Shown in pieces: positions 27,301 to 39,788 of a stretch of 64,000 nt of DNA. Position 1 is the stretch's first letter. Each line of letters begins with the position of its first letter. This DNA is from the human T2T-CHM13v2.0 reference genome, Homo sapiens: the NCBI RefSeq assembly GCF_009914755.1, contig NC_060935.1. The stretch is one strand, 5' to 3'. A program made the translations under genes and the position numbers. The notes beneath the pieces are model-generated. The model made no database searches and was not told where the DNA came from. It was given only the letters and a program-made list of their open reading frames with translations.

Positions 27301-29019
27301 TAACTAGCTCAGCGGGATGCCCTAATAAAGGTCATAAACATAAAATGTGGCTAGATTTTACTGAACACAATGACTTTCTTCAAACTCAAGTGGTTTTTCA
27401 GCAAAGCTCTGACATTTAAGCGCATACTGCTGCAATCAAAGAGAGTTACTTGGGCTGCAGAGCTTAAATTAATGTCGTAAAACCTAGGAAGTCATCAAAT
27501 GAGCACAGGCGATAGCAGGCAGCTTCCTCTTGTGGAACCATGAACTCATTGGAGAGAAAGGCTCCAACCTCACAAAATGCTCAGATATGCCTACAGAGGA
27601 GCTGCTGGGACCACCTCCCACATGTGACCAAGAACCTAAAGTGGATTGTAGAGAACAGTTACCTGGGGCAGAGCAAAATCACACTCACCACCGGCCCTTC
27701 CCAGAAAACCCTAGTACTGTTATCGCTTCTGAAGAGGCTTGAAACACCCACCCAGAAATACAAGAAAGCATGGAGGTCTTAGGGGCTGGTGGAAAGGGTT
27801 TAAATCCTGGCTCTGTCATATATTAGTCTTTGACTTGGACCTGTCTTTGGATGTCAGCTTTTTCTTGGGAATAATGATTCCCCAGGTTTAAAAGAGATGC
27901 TGTATGTGACAAGCTCCCACGAGCAAAGGCGGGCATGTAGTGGGTTCTCAGGGAGGCTCAGATCACTTTCTTATCCCAGGCTGAGGAGCCACTGGTACAA
28001 GGTCAGGGTTACATCTTGTATTGGCCACTCACACAAACAAGCCTCCTGCTCCCAAGCCTCAATTTCCCCCAGCTGCCAAATGGGGGAGCTGGACTCAATG
28101 TTGTCTTAGGTCCCCTCTACTTTTTGTATTCTGTGATTTTGCATTTTCTAGCCAGTGCCTCAAATGATGCCCAGTACTTGAGACACAACTGAGAGTTGTA
28201 AATTGGGTTAAAATAGGGACACATAGTAGACAAAGCAATGGGATGTAGTTTGATAATCTCTTCTACTCCAAGACTCATGACTGCTCCATAGTCTATGACA
28301 GGGATGGCAAATGAGTTTACACTCCTGTGTGAAATCCATTTGCTTGTTAATATCCTTCTGAAGCACTGTGTTGGGAAGAATTCTGAGGCTCTGTCCAGTC
28401 TCAGTGGAGAAGTATGCCACAATTTATTCATTACGGTTACCATGGGTAAGGGACTGGGGTTGGTGGCACTTCAGCCTTGTACTTCATAGCCACATCCACA
28501 AGATCAGATCTCAGATACTGTGCAGCTTTCATCTTCTTATGACTTTTAATGAGCTCTTTGCTCTTGGCAAACGGTTCCCACTGTTCTCTTAGCCCAGAAA
28601 GCCTCCTTCCTGCTCTCCACATCCATCCAAAGCCGGCCTGGCCCAGCTCCTCCAAACTCTTGGAACTAATGACTTGTACGACTCATGTGGTCCTTATTTC
28701 TTGGCTCATGTGGTTAATTATCTTTTTACGTGTAACTGTCTCGCCTAACTTGGCTGCAAAAGCAGAGACAAGAGTGAAAAGCCAAAACCAGCAGGCTATG
28801 GGGAGGAAGACGAGGTGGATGCAGGCTGAGGCTGAGGGCTGGGGAGAGCTGGCAGAAGACCAGAAAGTCACTCGCAGAGTGGCTGAACGGTCAGAGATGT
28901 AGGCAAACAATAGGGGTGGGCAGGACACTGACACTCCAGGCATCCTACAATTTTGTACCCTGGGCATTTCACTCACCTCATTCTATCCTGGCTCTGCATG
29001 GGAATAAGAAAGAGGAGAG

Positions 29020-29337
<318 letters not shown>

Positions 29338-29799
29338 TCAAATCTGGACAAGGCCAACACAAAAGCCAGAGGCCATCAGCAAGTCAGGTTCAGGGCGTGC
29401 AACAGAGCAGCCAGGATGAAGACAATGTCAGTGTGGAGATAACCTCCCTCCAAAATATCTCACTCCCACACTGGTAACCTTTAGTCTCCAGATAACAGCA
29501 CATTCCTTAACATGGTTTGCAAGACCTCTGAGAACTGGCCCTGTCTCTTTCCTGCAGCCTCATCTCTCATGCCATCTAGTTACGTCCAGTTATGCCATGG
29601 ACATAGGTGGATCACATTCTTGGGTTTCTGTCCCCTCTTTCTGCCATTCTCTTTACTGGAAATTCCCATGCCCCTACCACGTATACACTTATTTCCCTTG
29701 CTAATTCCCACCTACCTTCCCTGGCTGCCCTAGTTTTGGCTCATGCCTTGGCTATGCATTCCTATATCAACTGTAAGTCCTCTTGCACAGTATGTGTGA

Positions 29800-30500
29800 T
29801 AACTCTGTGTGTGTGTGCAGCTTAAAGACACATAGTACAAAGAACAACTGTTGATCTTCCACCCCCCTTAAGAAGCAATGCTTTGGCAGTACCTTAGAAA
29901 CCTCTGAGTGCTTTTCCTTACCCCCAGAGGTAACCCATTATCCTGAATTTTTTTAATAATTTCCTTGCCATAAACCTACACTGCACATTGTTTAGTTTTG
30001 CCTGTTTGTGAACGCTATATAAATAGAACCAGATTGTACACATCCTGCAACTTGCTTCTTGCTTCATTTATTTTCATCACCATAGTGTTCCATTGTATAA
30101 ATATGCAGTAATTTATTTATGCTCTCTTTAGTTGGTCGACAGTCTTGTTTCCGGTATTACGGATGGTGCTCCTCGGAACACGCTTGTATGTGTCTCCTGG
30201 TGCACGAGAGTGGGCAGGCCTCCATGTATTTATCTCACTGAAATTTCTGGAGCATAGGTTATATACACATGTTCAACTTTCCTAGGAAAAGTGACACTGT
30301 TCCAAATAATGTGGATCACATTATACTCCCACCAGCATGGATGAGGCTCATATTGCTTCCTATCCTTGCCAACATTTGACATTGTCCAACTTTAAAATTT
30401 TTGCCAATCTGATGGGCAAGAAATTCTCCCTCACCGCAGTTTTAATTTGCAACCTCCCCTGATTACTAGTGAGAGAGAGGTTTTTTGTTGTTTATGTGCC
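29800..30500 (-). mobile_element. Old L1M 3' fragment
   Basis: Antisense L1 motifs (ttccattgtataaatat, tatactcccaccagca, tccttgccaacatttg, ttttaatttgca). Boundaries are approximate. Confidence 0.7.
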
Positions 30501-32715
30501 CACAATACCGAACTCTGAGAGAAGGCTCATGTCAACTTTGTCCTCACCAAGACACTAAACAGGGCTGGCACATGAGCGGTGCTCAAAAAAATATAAATTG
30601 CACGAATGAAGGAACCAGAGCTAGGCTTTAGTTCTGCGTTATCCTCAGTGCACTTTACTTGGTGTTCTCCCAGGTTTCCTGGGGTACATATTTAGTTATT
30701 TTAATGTATTTTAGTGTAAGAGAACATTTAAAAAATCTGACAATGCTTATTCCTTTCATCAGAGCCTGCAGAAAAACACTACCTGAGGATATGGTTTCCC
30801 AAGCCCTCTTCTTGCAATCAACACTTCCGAAGAGTCCTCTGTGTGGAATTGCTGCTTGGAAAAAAAAATGATGCTTTTTCTTGGAAGGTGTCCCTGAAGG
30901 GGTCTGAACATTTGGGTTAGCCCTAACAAACAGTTGAAGCAGTTCCTCTGTTTGAAAGGGATCCCTCATAACTATCAGAGGCAGCAGGATTCATTGGGCA
31001 GAATTCCAAGGAGAGACAAGCTGGGCTGGAATGTCTGGAAGCTTTCCATGAAGAAAAACTTAAAAGGCTGTTTTGCAGGAATCTGGGATTTGTTGAAACA
31101 GCTGCTTACCCACAGGAAACCCAGGGTCAAGTTAGAGGGGCAACAGTAATGTGTCATTCTCAGCAAACTGGCCCATCCCATACAGGGGGCCTGGCTTTTC
31201 CTTGGACCCAGTGCTCTGCCTATAATGACTGGGCCACAGGAGTTCAGGGAAGGACATTCCAGGAGGACTGCTTTGCAAATGTGTGGTCATTGAGACTAGA
31301 AGTTATCTTTAATGGTTCTGACCAAGAAGGGCTTATTCGTGGTTACCTCAAATCTCATATCAGCCAACAGGCCTGATTACTATTGTTCAAACTCAGGCCA
31401 GATGGGACTCAAGACAAGTTGGAAAAAGGAAGACGTCAGGCTCTGACATACAGGGGTTGGGAAACTGAGCCAGGAGTAGAGTGGTCTCCAAAGGTGTGGC
31501 AGAGACCCCTATTGCTCACTGACACCTGGGTGCTCCTCCATATTTCCCTGCACCCCTTGCAGTCAGGAGGGCGCAAATCGATGAGATGAGAGAGGACATG
31601 GCCTCTGCCACTTCCCGGGGAAGGCAGGTGACTATCCAGTGTGTCTCCTTAGGTGCACTTCTACTCCCCACCCCACCATCTGCTGGATGTTTAAGCCAGG
31701 GTGAACTTGAAGTTCAAAGATGCTGAACCCACAAGAGAAGCAATCAGAGTCCCCAAGTCACTACTTGGAGAAAAGCTGCACAGGAGAGCCTCCCAGCCAG
31801 CCTTCAGGGGACTGTGTGAGCAAAATAGGACATTTCCTGGGTAACCTCTATTTCCAGCAGTTCTGAGAGCTGCTGTTTCAGTCTGTGATGCTGCCAGTAT
31901 GTAAAGAGGCAAGGTGACCAAAGAGGCATGGTCCCTGCAGGCACCAGTTTCCAGAGGTTCAATCTATTGTGTGGGGCTCATATGAGAAAGCTCCAGGTAT
32001 AGGGACAGATGGAGTGTCTGGAAGGTGACCGCTTCCCAATTCCAGCTGATGAGTTCATTCAAAGCAGTACCCCACTAGAGGCTGAGGATGCAGGGAGCAG
32101 ATCTAGCCCCAAGGGGTGAGAGAGGGAGCTGCAAGGGGCAGGCAGGACATTTGGACTCCTGCACATCGGGCTGCTGTGAGAGTTTGGTTCAAACTCAGAA
32201 CCAGAGCAGAGGGCAGGAAACCAAGGGTGAAGCTAGCCAGGGTGGTAGAGGAAAGGTCCAGGTTTGAAGATGACATACAGCTCCAGGTTCCTTGGAAAGC
32301 CACAGACAGAAGCCCTGTGGCAACTCCACTTACGCAAGAGGGAGCCAGCTGGTGAGGCCAGGGCTGCAGCCAGACTCTTCCAACCCTTGTCAGGGGACAC
32401 AAAATCTAGAAGGATCTGACCCTCACAGCTTCCCGATGCACAAGGCTGGGAAGGTAAGCTAGTTCAAGTCCAGGCATATCTATGGAACCAAAACCCTATA
32501 GAAGCCCCAAACTCAGAGACAGAAGTATTAGCAAGTTCCAAATCAGGGTCCCATTGACACCTGCGCTATCTACTGTAATCACTTCTTTGTTTTGAAATAA
32601 GATCTCTGGCCCCCATTACTGTCACTGGTGCTGCCAGAGAATGACAATGAGCTTAAATGTCATAGGGATTTGGGGAGAAATTTTCTTTTTTTTTTTCAGC
32701 CTATTATAATTTTTT

Positions 32716-32721
32716 TTTATG
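32716..32721 (-). promoter_or_regulatory. Variant polyadenylation signal CATAAA of the retrocopy
   Basis: CATAAA ends about 19 nt upstream of the poly(A) tail. There is no AATAAA in the 168-nt 3'UTR. Confidence 0.6.
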
Positions 32722-32864
32722 ACTGAACTACTATAAATCCACAAGCAACGGTTCAGACACGTTGCTTCTGAAGTGTTTCACCCCTCCCCGCCAGGCGCAA
32801 GCTGCATCAAGGAGAGGGTGGACTCCCCCACCTCTGCTCAGGCATCAGGAGACAGATAGGGCCG

Positions 32865-34091
<1,227 letters not shown>

Positions 34092-34202
34092 TCACTGTGT
34101 TCAGAAGCAGCTTGGGGGTAAGACCTTGTTTCAGACCTGTTTTCTTCACACTGTGGTGGAAGCGGCAGCGGCTGTGGCCGCTCTCCCCTCTGCTCACACA
34201 GA

Positions 34203-34214
34203 CAATATGGCGGC
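34203..34214 (-). promoter_or_regulatory. YY1 motif (GCCGCCATATTG) at the 5' end of the retrocopy
   Basis: Plus strand caatatggcggc matches the YY1 consensus CAANATGGCGGC. It lies 7 nt inside the retrocopy 5' end. Function is untested. Confidence 0.6.
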
Positions 34215-36229
34215 GATGGAGTGGGGAGCAATTTTCTAAAATCCAAATAAAAACCTTCCCATCTCTAATCTGAGAGTCATTTTTATCAGCTAACTGGGCT
34301 CACCTATTTACTCAGCATATTCAGAGCCCTTTTTGGGGGTTAAGTCCCTTTCAATTGCTGTGAGGCACCGTCTCCTTGTGGACATGCTTGTGCTATCCAG
34401 CTGCTATTCAAAGCGCATCTCCTGGACCATGTTTAATTTATACTTTCCTATATGAAGATGAACCACTTACTCACTTAAAGTATTTCTTTTTTTATGTCTC
34501 TAATCAGTGGCTGTTTCTTTCCTCTCTCTGAAGCTTAATCGAATCAGAAACAAATCCCACACATATGAATGGCTCATTAGCATGTCCCAGTCAGATTCAA
34601 ATTGGCCGTCCATACCAGATGCCCCCAAAAGGATAACACTGGCCCAAAGAAGGACTCTTTAAACGAGTGTCCAAAGGGTGTTGCCATGATAAGCCAGGAG
34701 GGTCCTTTCTGAAATCCAGGGTAGATACACTCTGTCATTCCCAGCACCATAGAGCCAACTGATGGCAGGTAATGGATGTGTCATTGAGATGGGGTTGGTG
34801 GGAGGCAATGTGGCCAAGCCTGGGGAGCAGACATCAGAGGAATGTCTGGTGTCTATGTGTCTGGCTCAAGCATCATCCTCACACTTGGCTCAGTGGGGCC
34901 CTTTTATCAAATGATACAAATGAGGCTGAGATGCTGAACATTCTCTCGCTCAGAAATGATATTTGTTCTAAAGAGCTTCCCCTCTTAATCAAATGAAACT
35001 CAGATTATAAACACTGGTATGCTACATCTTCTCTTAAAGGATTTGCCCTTTTCATAGACATCAGAATGAATCGTCAGCATGGGCATCATCTCTGGTGTCA
35101 TCTCTGAAAGTCACCGATAGCAAACTCTCATTTAATACAGATTTACAAAAGAGATCAGCATACTGCAATAGAGTAGAACTGAAGGGAACCTAACCAGGAC
35201 CTCCCTTCATTTCCCAGGTGAGCAAACTAAGGTTCAGGGTCACAGGATAATTTAGAAGCACAGTAAGATATGGATCCAAGAGCCTGCCTTTTGGAAGACA
35301 GGAAGTCATTATGGTTCAGAGCATAGCCTCTGGGGCCAAACAGTCTTGGTGTCAAGTCCTACATTTCCCATTTGCTGAACTGGTGACTTTAGGCAATTCA
35401 CTTCACCTTCCAACACTCAGTTTCCTTGTCTATGAAATGGAGATAAAAGTGATAAATTCCAAAGATAGTTGCTGTGAGAATTAAATGAAGTAATACACAG
35501 AGACAGTTTATTTCATCACCTGGAAGAAGTTTAGAGGCCCCTAAGTATCAGCTATAATTATTATCACTATAATATTCCACTGATGATAAGATTCACTATT
35601 GCTATACCACAGCTTTTCGGGACAGGGGAAAACACACTACATTCCTCTGAGCTCAAGATTTATATACCCAAGTGCCTACGTCTCACCTTCACTCTCATGT
35701 GTCTCAGGCATCTCAACCTTACCATGTCCAAAACGAAGTTCCCGATTTTCTTCCCTGCCTCCCCATCTGTCCCTTAGTCTGCCCCTCATCCATCTAATAG
35801 CCGAAGCCTGTAACCTGTAATTCATCTGTAGCAATGTCTTCTTCCTCCCTCTCCACATCCAATACATCGGCAAAAGCAGACAGTTCTACCTCCTAAATAT
35901 AGCTTGAATTTAATCACTTCTCTCCATCTGCACAGCCAACATCCTGGTCCAAGTCCCTATTATTTTTGTGTGGGCATCTCCATCCAGAGCCTCTTCCCTG
36001 GTCTTTCTGCGTTGTCGTGTTGCCCTTCAATCCGTATTGCCCTCCAATCCACTTTTTAAAATTATACATCAGAGCATGTCCCTCCTCTGCTTTAATGCAG
36101 TTCAGCAATTATTTACTGAGCACTTACTATGTGCCAGTCTTTGTTGTAGGAGATGGGAATCTTACCACAGAACAAAATATAAAAAATCCCTGACTTTCTG
36201 ATACTTACACTGTGTTTTTTCTGTTACAG

Positions 36230-36470
36230 CACTCCCTATGGACTGAATTGTCTCCCCCTTCCTCAAATTCATATGCTGAGGCTGTAACTCCCCATGTGAC
36301 TATATTGGAGATGGGGCATTTAAGGAGGTGATTAAACATGCACAAAAAATTCTCAGTAGAATGACCATATGTTCTGGTTTGCTGGGGACTATTCTGGTTT
36401 ATACCTAGTGTTCCACTGTTATTAGTAGCACCCCCTTTCACTCGCAAAAGCTTCTAGTTTGGACAGTAAA
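36230..36470. mobile_element. MLT1A LTR 5' fragment (about 36230-36335) followed by a MER81-like hAT element (about 36358-36470)
   Basis: ctatggactgaattgtctcccc...aaattcatatgctgagg resembles the MLT1A start. tgaccatatgttctggtttgctggggact...gcaccccctttcactc resembles MER81. Confidence 0.6.
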
Positions 36471-36897
36471 TTAAAATTTATTTACATATTTATTATTTAT
36501 TTATATATGCCAAATGTATAAGGTCCAACCTGATTTTAGAAACACTGAAATCCCAAATAAGTATCTGTCTTAAAATCATGGTCTTACTAATCTTTTCCCT
36601 CCCCTAGTCCATGATTTCTCTATATTACTACAATCCTAGTGTGGTGAAAATTAAGCAAGTCATCAAGACCCTCACCTCCTGATGTGCAGCATTTGAAGCA
36701 GGCCTGAGGAATAAAACAGAGCACCCCACCATTCAGTGCTCCAGAGACCAGAGCCCTGTCTCTTGAACTTTCCCAAACTAGACAGACAGAAAGAGAGAGA
36801 GGCAAGACCTAAAGGAGTGAATGGTGTTCCTGGGCCATTTACACCAGGGGTTAACTCTTTATTTTCAGGACTGACTTTGTATACAGGTAGGCTTTGT

Positions 36898-36984
36898 TTT
36901 ATAGAAAAACTTGTGTGCAGGGGTAATTTCTGGATACCAAACTTTATAGAAAAACTTGTGTGTAAGGGTAATTTCTGGATACCA
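36898..36984. repeat. Tandem duplication, 45-bp period
   Basis: tttatagaaaaacttgtgtg(c/t)a(g/a)gggtaatttctggatacca occurs twice with two mismatches. Confidence 0.93.
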
Positions 36985-38277
36985 GCACCTACAGCACTAG
37001 AAAAAAATGTGCTCACAGGTACCCTGCCCTTTGCATTGCTTTACAAAGCCAAGAACATTTGTATTTGGAGATGCCCCTGACCCCTCCTTCTGCAACTTCA
37101 GATTTATGAATATCGGATCTTGTCCAAGGAAAACCACAGCAGTGTCAGAGGAGGAGGAGAAGGAACCCTTGCTCAGTTTGTGGCAGTTCTTCTGAGGAAA
37201 TGATTCTGGCCTTGCTTGGTGGTCTCTTCCAGGAAAACTAGAATAACAATGTAATGGTGGCCAAGAAGCTACCTTCCAGGGTCTGATACCGACCAGCATG
37301 CAGACTCAGCTAAAGAAGAACAAAGAACAAAAATGGAAACAAAAGGGAGACAGAAAATGACTCTGGGGAGCTTTAACATACATTGTGAGCTTCCAGGTTT
37401 CTTTGGCTTTTGTTTTTGCTTTTTTCCAAAATTCAGGAAATTAAACATTGATACATGACTATTATCAAATCCCCAGTCTATAATCAAAGTTCACCAATTG
37501 TCCCAATCAAAGCCTTTATAGCTATTTTTCCCCTTCATCCAAACTTTTTAAGAAGGTAAAAATTTCCTTCAGGTTGACTCCCCAAATCCTTCATCAATTG
37601 TTACCTCGTTTGTGCATGTTATTAATCTCTCTTTTATACAGCTCCCTCATTGAATGCAATTGAAAAAACCAAAGTGTGAAGACCATTCCTGAGTAAAATT
37701 GTTCTTGGGCACTCTCCTTCTGCTCCCCACCATTTCTAGCTAATCACTTCATTATGTACTTTTTAAATTGCTTTGTTCTGTAGGGATTAATTTTGCACTT
37801 ATCTTCACTAACCATAAAACTTTTACAACGTACTTTTAAACTGCGTCTACTCAGCTGCTGGTTTGTAATTGCAAAGAGTCACTCCACGGCTGGCTGGTGT
37901 GCTAGGGGATAACACGCAATAGCCACGGAGCTTCCTGCTCCATGTTTTCAGATGCCTTCCTGGAGCCGCTGGGTATGGGGCAGACCAATTGGTTCTAGAC
38001 TGGCTGCTTGGGGTACCGAAATGTCCTTGTATATGGAAATCACCAGCTAGGGAACACCCTCAAATCGCAGATGCTTTGGCCTCAGAGGCCTCAGGTTGCT
38101 CCGACCTCAAAGACCTTGGGAATTTCAGGCCCTACAGTTCCCAGGAGAAGGTCTGTCTACAGCTGACCACCTAGAAGGCAACAAAATTTCAACTACTCTC
38201 TCAAGGTCAAGTCTGTACTTTCTCAAGGCTCAGGCACTTGCCCTCTGCCTGCAAGCAGGCACTAGATTCCCAGTCTT

Positions 38278-38361
38278 CAAGGAGTCCCTCTGCCTCCCTT
38301 TCTGGTCAAATACAATCTCCAAGGAGTCCCTCTGCCTCCCTTTCTGGTCAAATACAATCTC
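38278..38361. repeat. Perfect 42-bp tandem duplication
   Basis: caaggagtccctctgcctccctttctggtcaaatacaatctc at 38278-38319 and 38320-38361. Confidence 0.96.
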
Positions 38362-39744
38362 TAAACTCTCCGCCTTCCATCAATCTCCACCCACTCCCTC
38401 CTTAGACCTTTGAAATCTGTCTTCTATCACTTCCCCTTGACTCCAACTATTCCCCCCAAAGCCTTCTTATGGCTGTGTCTAATGCCTTTTCTCCACTTGC
38501 TTTCTCAGAGCACAGGCTGTTGGTTCACAGGCTTTGGACAGAACTGTGTTTAAATCCAGGCTCCTCCACTTTTTCTCTTGGGACCAGGGCAAGTTCCTTA
38601 ACTTCTCTGAGCCTCAGTGGCCTCATCTGTAAACCGGTGACAGTAATTCTGGTTTCCTGTGATTCTTGGGAGGGGTAAATGACATACAGCATAAAACTCA
38701 CTAGAATATAAGTTCTATGAGGGCAAACCTAAGTTATCTCATTCATCACTGCATATCCAGTGCTTGGCCCAGCATCTAGAATGGTAGGTGCTTTATAAAT
38801 ATTTATTGAATAAATGCACTAAATACAAAATAAATGTTCAACAAATGGTAGCTATTATCATTAGTATTCATGTTTGCCTGCCTGTTTGAGTTCTGAAATG
38901 CTGCCTTTCCCTAACATCTGTGATTTTCCACCAATACAGCTCCTATCTTTCTGGCTGATTCTTCTCTGAGACTGTGGGATCACACTGTCCCTGCCTCCAT
39001 CTCCTATGCCCATGTCCAATTTTAAAATCTCTTCTGTTTTCAGAAATGGTCACATAGAGGGCACCTGATCCCATTGTCTTACCTCAAAGTTTTTTCTTTC
39101 TTTTTACCTTAGTTTTATAGTTTTGGCTTTCTGTTGAATCCAGGTATTATATTTCTCTCTATCTTAACACCAACTACATGTTACAAGGAATATAATACAT
39201 CTTCACTGTATGAATGAATAGACAGATGAATAATGCAAGCTTTTTGGTTATTTCCACTGTTATTTCTAATGCCAAACTTGCCACATTTTCCCCCTCAAAC
39301 TATCTCAAATTCTTCTCTAGCCAATGGCACCCTGAAACCTTCCATCATCTGAGTTTGAAATATCAATGCCATCTTTGTTGGACATTTAATAACTCATTTA
39401 TAAGAACTAGGAAAGACTAAGTCTTGACTTCTAATAATCATTGAAATTATTAAAATCCAAAACAATTCTAAGGGAACAGATGGACAATGACTCAGCTAAG
39501 GCTTTGGGTCATTGGGAAAATTCCCTTTGGAAGCACAAAGGCCTGCAAGCTTGAAATCTGTTTGGTGTCTTTTGAAATTCTTGGTCTCAGAAGACCACAT
39601 AGAAAAACACTTACACCACCATACAACTGTCAGCCTTCTCTAGGTGTTACCCCACCACAGCAGCTGAAGGATAATGCTAAAGGGATTCCAATTCATGACA
39701 CAATGATACAAAACAGTGGCAAAGCTAACAGCCCCAATCCACAC

Positions 39745-39747
<3 letters not shown>

Positions 39748-39783
<36 letters not shown>
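39748..39783. repeat. (AC)18 microsatellite
   Basis: Read directly from the sequence. Confidence 0.97.
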
Positions 39784-39788
<5 letters not shown>

